Shown piece by piece: positions 15,770-24,000 of a stretch of 24,000 nt of DNA (positions within the stretch are counted from its first letter, which is position 1; every line of letters begins with the position of its first letter). The DNA is taken from assembly GCA_913060565.1 (NCBI GenBank), contig CAJXRU010000016.1, positions 24,943 to 48,942 on the forward strand, written 5' to 3'. The position numbers and the translations under genes were made by a program. Source of the stretch: an uncultured Gammaproteobacteria bacterium (lineage in GTDB: Bacteria > Pseudomonadota > Gammaproteobacteria > Enterobacterales > Psychrobiaceae). Under the pieces are notes generated by a model. It saw nothing but the letters and a program-made list of their open reading frames with translations, searched no databases and was not told the DNA's origin.

Positions 15770-16480
15770 ATGTTTCGAATGTATAACGTGTTGGTGACAG
15801 TGCTGTGTGTATTATGGTTATGCTTGTGTTGGTTTGGCTATGCGAAGTTTGCGAAACGACAAGCAAAGAGAACACATTGTATTGCCTCGGTTATGCATCG
15901 CCATCGAATTTCATGGATGCAACGTTTACTTTATCGAGAACAATTCATTGCTGATACCGCCTTATTAGCAAGCTTAGAGCGCCAAGTAACATTTTTTGCG
16001 TCAACAACCATGTTGATCTTGGCGGCGCTTCTTACATTATTATCAGCGTCAGAACGTTTATTTACCTTAATTCAGTCAGTTCCTGGTGTTTATCCCGCCA
16101 CTTTACTTGATATTCAAGTGCGATTAATTTTGATGATCGCAATCTTTATCTATGCATTTTTCACGTTCACTTGGTCATTACGACAATACGGATTTTGTTC
16201 TGTATTGATGGGGGCGTTTCCTCACGTTAAAGATGGCGAAGAAGCGAGTGAAGATGACAATAAATTTGTTAAAAACTTAGCAAAAATAATTGATCATGCA
16301 GGCCATAGTTACAACTACGGACTGCGTTCTTATTATTTTGCACTATCAACCCTAGCGTGGTTTATCCACCCGATTGCCTTCGTGTTTTCAACGACAGTTG
16401 TGGTGGCGGTGTTATTCCAGCGGGAATTTCATTCACAAACAATGTTAGTAATGAACGACATAGACAAGATTAATAGTTAG
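15770..16480 (+). CDS. DUF599-family integral membrane protein
   Basis: 236 aa with about 4 TM helices. It resembles recalled DUF599 sequences (WLCLCWFGY..., ADTALLASLERQVTFFASTTMLILA, YAFFTFTWSLRQYGF, LRSYYFALSTLAWF, LFQREFHS). The start could instead be the second ATG at 15779. Confidence 0.6.
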   Translation: MFRMYNVLVTVLCVLWLCLCWFGYAKFAKRQAKRTHCIASVMHRHRISWMQRLLYREQFIADTALLASLERQVTFFASTTMLILAALLTLLSASERLFTLIQSVPGVYPATLLDIQVRLILMIAIFIYAFFTFTWSLRQYGFCSVLMGAFPHVKDGEEASEDDNKFVKNLAKIIDHAGHSYNYGLRSYYFALSTLAWFIHPIAFVFSTTVVVAVLFQREFHSQTMLVMNDIDKINS

Positions 16481-16490
16481 TAAGGATTAT

Positions 16491-17516
16491 ATGATGAAAC
16501 GATTAAAGCGTTTTTCTCTGGGCGTAGTTGCGTTATCTTTTTGTGGCCTAAGCCAAGCAACATTTGCACAGGAACAAGCAGATTTTCAAACTTGGCTTAC
16601 AGAATTAAAAGTGGAAGCCAAGCAAAAGGGTTACAGCGACGAATTAATTGAAAAAGCACTAACGGGTCTAAAACCTTATCCAAAAGCCATTAAAAGTGAT
16701 CGCGCTCAACCTGAGTTCAAGCGTACCTTTAAGCGTTATAGCACTAAGCGACTATCTGAGTGGCGTATTAAAACCGGCCTTAAAATGAAAAAAAAGCATA
16801 AAGACATGCTCGAAAAGGTGGGTAAAGCCTATGGCGTACAACCACGTTTTATTTTGGCATTTTGGGGACTAGAAACAAATTACGGAACCTTTACCGGCAA
16901 CAATGACATCATCCGTTCATTAGCCACATTGGCCTATGACAAGCGCCGTGGGCCATACTTTAGAAAAGAATTGTTCAACGCACTGACCATTCTAAAAGAA
17001 GGGCATATTGAACTGGAAGACATGAAAGGTTCGTGGAGTGGTGCGATGGGGCAAGGGCAATTCATGCCATCGAGCTTTTTACAGCTTGCCCAAGATTTTG
17101 ATGGTGACGGCCGTAAAGATATTTGGCATACCCATGCTGATGTTTTTGCATCGATTGCTAATTATTTAAAGCACTATGGTTGGAACGATCAGCAAACGTG
17201 GGGTCGTCAAGTAACGTTACCAGACAACGCCAAGTCACTCGTTGAACAAGTAAAGCAGACAACACCAGAAAAAGGCTGTCGTGCATTGCGCGCTCATAGT
17301 GACAAATTACCAATTTCACAATGGAATGAACTGGGCGTTCGTCGTCTAAATAATAATGATCTTCCAGCTGTTTCGCTCAAGGCTACATTAACAGTGCCTG
17401 ATGGTGTTTCTGGCGACGCTTTCTTAACTTATGGTAACTTCCGTACAATTTTGCGTTATAACTGTGCTAATAGTTACGCCATTACAGTTGGCCTATTGTC
17501 TGATAAATTAAAATAA
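16491..17516 (+). CDS. mltB: Lytic murein transglycosylase B family (MltB/Slt35-like)
   Basis: It has a signal peptide (…GLSQATFA/QE), FWGLETNYGTF (catalytic Glu), GAMGQGQFMPSSF and an EF-hand-like DFDGDGRKDIW, all typical of MltB. Tandem ATGATG start (16491/16494). Confidence 0.85.
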   Translation: MMKRLKRFSLGVVALSFCGLSQATFAQEQADFQTWLTELKVEAKQKGYSDELIEKALTGLKPYPKAIKSDRAQPEFKRTFKRYSTKRLSEWRIKTGLKMKKKHKDMLEKVGKAYGVQPRFILAFWGLETNYGTFTGNNDIIRSLATLAYDKRRGPYFRKELFNALTILKEGHIELEDMKGSWSGAMGQGQFMPSSFLQLAQDFDGDGRKDIWHTHADVFASIANYLKHYGWNDQQTWGRQVTLPDNAKSLVEQVKQTTPEKGCRALRAHSDKLPISQWNELGVRRLNNNDLPAVSLKATLTVPDGVSGDAFLTYGNFRTILRYNCANSYAITVGLLSDKLK

Positions 17517-18388
17517 TGTGGATTTATTTTACGCTGCTGGCGGCGTTTTCGCAGTCGTGGCGTAATGCCTTTCAAAGTAAATTAAGCCAAGACGTTGATG
17601 TTGTTGGTGTAACCCTTGCCCGTTTTCTATGGGCTGGTCCCATGGCGGCGTGTTATTTAGCCGCACTTTACTATTTTATTCCTGCTGATTTACCGCAGTT
17701 CTCAATGTGGTTGGTCTTTTTTGTAACTGGTGCAGCGTGCATGCAAATTATTGCGACTGCATTGATGGTAAAACTATTCAAACTCAATAACTTTGCAGTT
17801 GGCGCTGGTTTAGCTAAAAGTGAAGCCTTAGTCGCGGCCATCTTAGGCGCATTATTTTTTGGTACTAGCCTGAGTTTACTTGGGTGGGGCGGTGTGCTTA
17901 TTGGCACTATTGCTATTTTACTGATGAGCTCGCGGCAGGGGCTTAAAGGGCTATCGCTACAAACTTTGTTATTAGGTCTTGCATGCGGGAGTTGCTTTGC
18001 GTTGACGTCGTTATGGGTGAGAGAAGCAAGCCTTACACTTGATTTGCCAACAACACACCGTGCGGCTTGGGTACTGCTGTTGGTGATTGCATTGCAAACA
18101 TTAATGTTAGTAAGTTATCTAGCAGTTAAACGACCAGCAACCCTTAAAAAACTTCAACAGCATGGCCGCCTCACTTTTTTAATTAGTTTAACGAGTTGTA
18201 TTGGCTCTATTGGCTGGTTTAGCGCCATGGCGTATCAAAGTGTGCCGTATGTAAAAACGTTGGGTCAGGTAGAGATATTTTTTACCATGCTAGTTTCCAT
18301 CATGTGGTTAAAACAACCCGTCAAAATTAAAGATGGATTTGGTCTAGTGCTTATTGCCATTGCGGCCATTATGGTGATGTGGACTTAA
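17516..18388 (+). CDS. DMT/EamA-like 10-TM transporter-family membrane protein
   Basis: A TAATG 1-nt overlap joins it to mltB. It is 290 aa with two roughly 140-aa hydrophobic halves of about 5 TM each. There are no catalytic motifs; the family call is by architecture only. Confidence 0.5.
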   Translation: MWIYFTLLAAFSQSWRNAFQSKLSQDVDVVGVTLARFLWAGPMAACYLAALYYFIPADLPQFSMWLVFFVTGAACMQIIATALMVKLFKLNNFAVGAGLAKSEALVAAILGALFFGTSLSLLGWGGVLIGTIAILLMSSRQGLKGLSLQTLLLGLACGSCFALTSLWVREASLTLDLPTTHRAAWVLLLVIALQTLMLVSYLAVKRPATLKKLQQHGRLTFLISLTSCIGSIGWFSAMAYQSVPYVKTLGQVEIFFTMLVSIMWLKQPVKIKDGFGLVLIAIAAIMVMWT

Positions 18389-18488
18389 ATTCTCATTGCT
18401 GCTACTTCCAATTAAAGATAAAGTAGTAGAAATAGTGCTCAATTAACCGATAGTAATTAGGCGAATTTTCTTAGACGGAGCTTAAGTA

Positions 18489-21555
<3,067 letters not shown>

Positions 21556-21714
21556 TTAGTTTTATAATGTATACAATTTATCTTTTTTAGTGCTCAGCCT
21601 CAAGTTTAATTACTTAGATTCAAATCGAAAGTGCATAACTTTCCAAGAGTAGGGCTATAGCTAAAGCCAAATTCGCGATAAAATAATCCTTTATTGATAG
21701 TCACTGAGCCTCTT

Positions 21715-22080
21715 ATGGAATTTAAATTTAAAACAGACACCCTTAACGATTCTTACCGTGTCGAATTCTCAATGGGTCATGAAGTCTTTGGTCGATGGTT
21801 AATGAGCGAAATCGGCACCAAACCAGAAAATATCAAAGCATTGCTCGCTAAGCTCGAAGAGCTTCAATCAAAACAAGATGTTGAAGAACTTATCGAAGGC
21901 CGCGATTTTTCTCTCACGCTTACCGATGATGACGCCATTGTTATGGCAAACAGCCTCTACGTTGACGGCGAACTCCCAGAGGGCGAAGACTTCTCACACT
22001 ACGACAGCGAAAGCGTTGGCGAATGCGGTATCGAAGATTTCGAAGCGATGCTGCAAAGTTGGTTGGAGTTTGTGAGTTAA
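21715..22080 (+). CDS. yacL: UPF0231 family protein YacL
   Basis: 121 aa from ATG 21715. RVEFSMGHEVFGRWL... and the acidic C-terminal half (...HYDSESVGECGIEDFEAMLQSWLEFV) parallel E. coli YacL (RMSMGHEVVGHWF...YYDEESLSLCGVEDF). The track's TTG at 21694 adds 7 residues and is not preferred. Confidence 0.8.
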   Translation: MEFKFKTDTLNDSYRVEFSMGHEVFGRWLMSEIGTKPENIKALLAKLEELQSKQDVEELIEGRDFSLTLTDDDAIVMANSLYVDGELPEGEDFSHYDSESVGECGIEDFEAMLQSWLEFVS

Positions 22081-22091
22081 CAATTCTAACC

Positions 22092-22610
22092 ATGGATAAG
22101 ATGATTGAGCTGGTGGTTCAAGAGCCATTACGCGTCAATGCATTGGACACTGTGTTTCAGTTAGAACTTCCACAATGCTATATCGCCGCTGGCTTTATAC
22201 GTAATCTGGTGTGGGTTCATCTGCATCAGTTCGAGCAATCAACGCCGCTTAATGATGTCGATGTTGATGAATCCGATGCTAATCAGTGTCTAGCGTATGA
22301 AGCCAAGCTCAAACAATTCATACCGCAGCTTAATTGGCAGGTGCGCAATCAAGCAATAATGCATGTGCGCAACAACGATGCACCCTACCTAAGTTCATTA
22401 GATGCCATGGGCCACTGGCCAGAGAAAGAAACTGCAGTCGCTATTCGTCAGACTGCTAAAGGCCAGTATGAGTGTATTTCTGCCTTTGGCATTGAATCAC
22501 TATTTGCACTGCAAGTAACGCACAATCAGCTAAGTCCGCGTGAGGTGTTCGACGAGCGTGTTGAAACTAAGGGGTGGTTGGCTAAGTGGCCTTTGTTGAG
22601 AGTGGTGTAA
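22092..22610 (+). CDS. Uncharacterised nucleotidyltransferase-fold protein (PF06042 / NTP_transf_6-like)
   Basis: 172 aa from ATG 22092. CYIAAGFIRNLVW.HLH, PLNDVDV, LNWQVRNQAIMHVRNNDAPYLSSLDAMGHWPEKETAVAIR match my recollection of this family. The track start at 22023 overlaps the yacL 3' end and is rejected. Confidence 0.6.
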   Translation: MDKMIELVVQEPLRVNALDTVFQLELPQCYIAAGFIRNLVWVHLHQFEQSTPLNDVDVDESDANQCLAYEAKLKQFIPQLNWQVRNQAIMHVRNNDAPYLSSLDAMGHWPEKETAVAIRQTAKGQYECISAFGIESLFALQVTHNQLSPREVFDERVETKGWLAKWPLLRVV

Positions 22611-22663
22611 GTGATAAGTATGTGTTAAAAAAGAACAAAGAATAAATTACAAAGGATATTGCG

Positions 22664-23167
22664 ATGAAATGGATAGTTGGAACTTTATTTCTATTTTGCC
22701 TTAGCGTACAAGCGTCGACACCAATTAAAGTACATCTTCATGAGATAGAGTTATCTGGTGTATTACCTAAGCCTTATGAAACCATTAACCTAACGATTAA
22801 ACTCGACGAAGAAACTGATGACGTTGTAGTTTTTGATCTATATCGAGGAATGGAAAAGTTAGAGCTACCCGAAAAGATCTTTGAACAATTAAAAAACGTA
22901 AATTTGAATACACTGTCGATTTCTCATGAAATGCATCGTGACGAAAAATTCCCAGAACAGTCTCGCGCTGGTGACAAAGGAGATTGGTTACATATTGACA
23001 TGACGATTGGTAAACTGTATCGCGCTCATCGATTTAAAAAGAAAGTTGAACAGTTTCAATGGGGGTATAACCGTATTCAAATAACTATCACCAAAGATAA
23101 AAATGTCACTTATCATATTTTTAAGTTGAGTGAGAAAGAATATGGTTGGAGTAATTGGAAAAGCTAG
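22664..23167 (+). CDS. Hypothetical secreted protein (orphan, no recognisable domain)
   Basis: An AAGGA SD lies 7 nt upstream. It has a signal peptide MKWIVGTLFLFCLSVQA/STP, a Lys/Glu-rich mature part of about 150 aa, and a strong terminator after it. The coding call rests on the SD, the signal peptide and ORF length only. Confidence 0.5.
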   Translation: MKWIVGTLFLFCLSVQASTPIKVHLHEIELSGVLPKPYETINLTIKLDEETDDVVVFDLYRGMEKLELPEKIFEQLKNVNLNTLSISHEMHRDEKFPEQSRAGDKGDWLHIDMTIGKLYRAHRFKKKVEQFQWGYNRIQITITKDKNVTYHIFKLSEKEYGWSNWKS

Positions 23168-23225
23168 ATAACTCTTTGAAGTTATACAAAAGCTCTTCAC
23201 TGAAATGATTTAAATTCGTGCAATA

Positions 23226-23263
23226 TAAAAACGCCAATCACCCAACGGTGACTGGCGTTTTTC
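23226..23263. terminator. Bidirectional intrinsic terminator between the orphan gene and rapA
   Basis: Stem acgccaatcacc / ggtgactggcgt (12 bp, one mismatch) with loop caac, flanked by A5 and T5 runs. Confidence 0.75.
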
Positions 23264-23298
23264 TTTACCTTGAATTTAAGGAAGTATTCGCCGTGAGT

Positions 23299-24000
23299 TT
23301 ACTCTGGCGACACCACAATAAATCGCAGACAGTCCAATTTGACTTGGGCATTGCCAATGTACTTAGTTAGCTGTGCTTTTTCAGTTTCTAGATGCGTGAT
23401 TTCTTCAGAGCGAATATTAGGATTAACCGCTTTAAGATCTGTTAAACGTTCAATCTCACTATCTAAAACCTTGGTCATTTTAGCTAAGGCATCGTTTTGA
23501 ATACTTTCTAATGCCTCTTGCGCCTTAGTTGTACCATTAGTCACTTGCTGATGGATGAAGGCTTGTGACGCGCCAACAAGTTTACTAGCGATGTGGCGAC
23601 CAATCGGGCTGAGTTGATCACTTAATTTTTGGTAACTGATGTTGCCGTTTAGCTCATTGCCGTTTTTGTCCATTAATAAACGCATTGGCGTTGGCGGCAA
23701 GAAGCGACCGATGTGGTATTTCTTCGGTGCTGAGGTATCTGCAACAAACATTAACTCAAGTAACATGGTGCCAGCAGGCAGTGCCTTACTCTTTAAAATA
23801 GAGACGGCATTGTTACCTGTGGTGTCACTCAGCACCATATCGATGCTGCCTTGCACCATTGGATGTTCCCAATTAATAAATTGGAAATCTTCACGGGCAA
23901 GTGCTGTGTCACGACTAAAGGTGACAGTTGTGCCATCTTCATGCAAACCAGGGAAATGGCTGTGAAGCATGTGGCCGCCGGGCTTTAAAATCAGCGCATT
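23299..24000 (-). CDS. rapA: RNA polymerase-associated SWI2/SNF2 ATPase RapA (HepA), C-terminal part (gene continues past the window end)
   Basis: The frame stays open to the window edge (…NALILKPGGHMLHSHFPGLHEDGTTVTFSRDTALAREDFQFINWEHPMV...) and ends ...LDCLRFIVVSPE. It appears collinear with the RapA C-terminal domain. Confidence 0.9.
   Translation of the reverse strand, partial: NALILKPGGHMLHSHFPGLHEDGTTVTFSRDTALAREDFQFINWEHPMVQGSIDMVLSDTTGNNAVSILKSKALPAGTMLLELMFVADTSAPKKYHIGRFLPPTPMRLLMDKNGNELNGNISYQKLSDQLSPIGRHIASKLVGASQAFIHQQVTNGTTKAQEALESIQNDALAKMTKVLDSEIERLTDLKAVNPNIRSEEITHLETEKAQLTKYIGNAQVKLDCLRFIVVSPE

Overview
This AT-rich window looks like a core chromosomal segment of a marine gammaproteobacterium, possibly Alteromonadales or Colwellia-like; that taxon guess rests only on protein sequence flavour. 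I support about 24 protein-coding genes, most of them housekeeping. In order they are: lptD (5' part, - strand), divergent from a tightly coupled amgK-murU-djlA operon; an NhaC-family transporter; an EAL+HDOD c-di-GMP protein; hemL and pyrB; a divergent ClC channel; a membrane-anchored coiled-coil protein; erpA; an 821-aa PepSY_TM-ferredoxin-FNR fusion; ribA; a DUF599-mltB-DMT transporter operon; a sensor N-terminal fragment; a YgjK-like GH63 glucosidase; yacL; a PF06042-like nucleotidyltransferase; an orphan secreted protein; and the 3' end of rapA. The hemL/clc/erpA and lptD/djlA neighbourhoods resemble E. coli, and amgK-murU next to lptD resembles Pseudomonas. I found no rRNA, tRNA, CRISPR array, integrase, transposase, or recognisable defence or toxin-antitoxin genes. 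I cannot defend a complete novel multi-gene system in this window. The most interesting item is the single-polypeptide PepSY_TM(x2)-[2Fe-2S]-FAD/NAD(P)H protein, a plausible self-contained transmembrane electron-transfer chain. Secondary items are a roughly 260-bp MITE-like structured element, an orphan perfect hairpin, an amgK N-terminus with no canonical start codon, an IscR type-1 box on the erpA promoter, a sensor gene cut inside its HAMP domain next to the glucosidase gene, a G8 tract in the transporter, and a ClC with non-canonical selectivity and proton-path residues. All functional calls come from reading the translated sequence and recalled family motifs; no database search was run.
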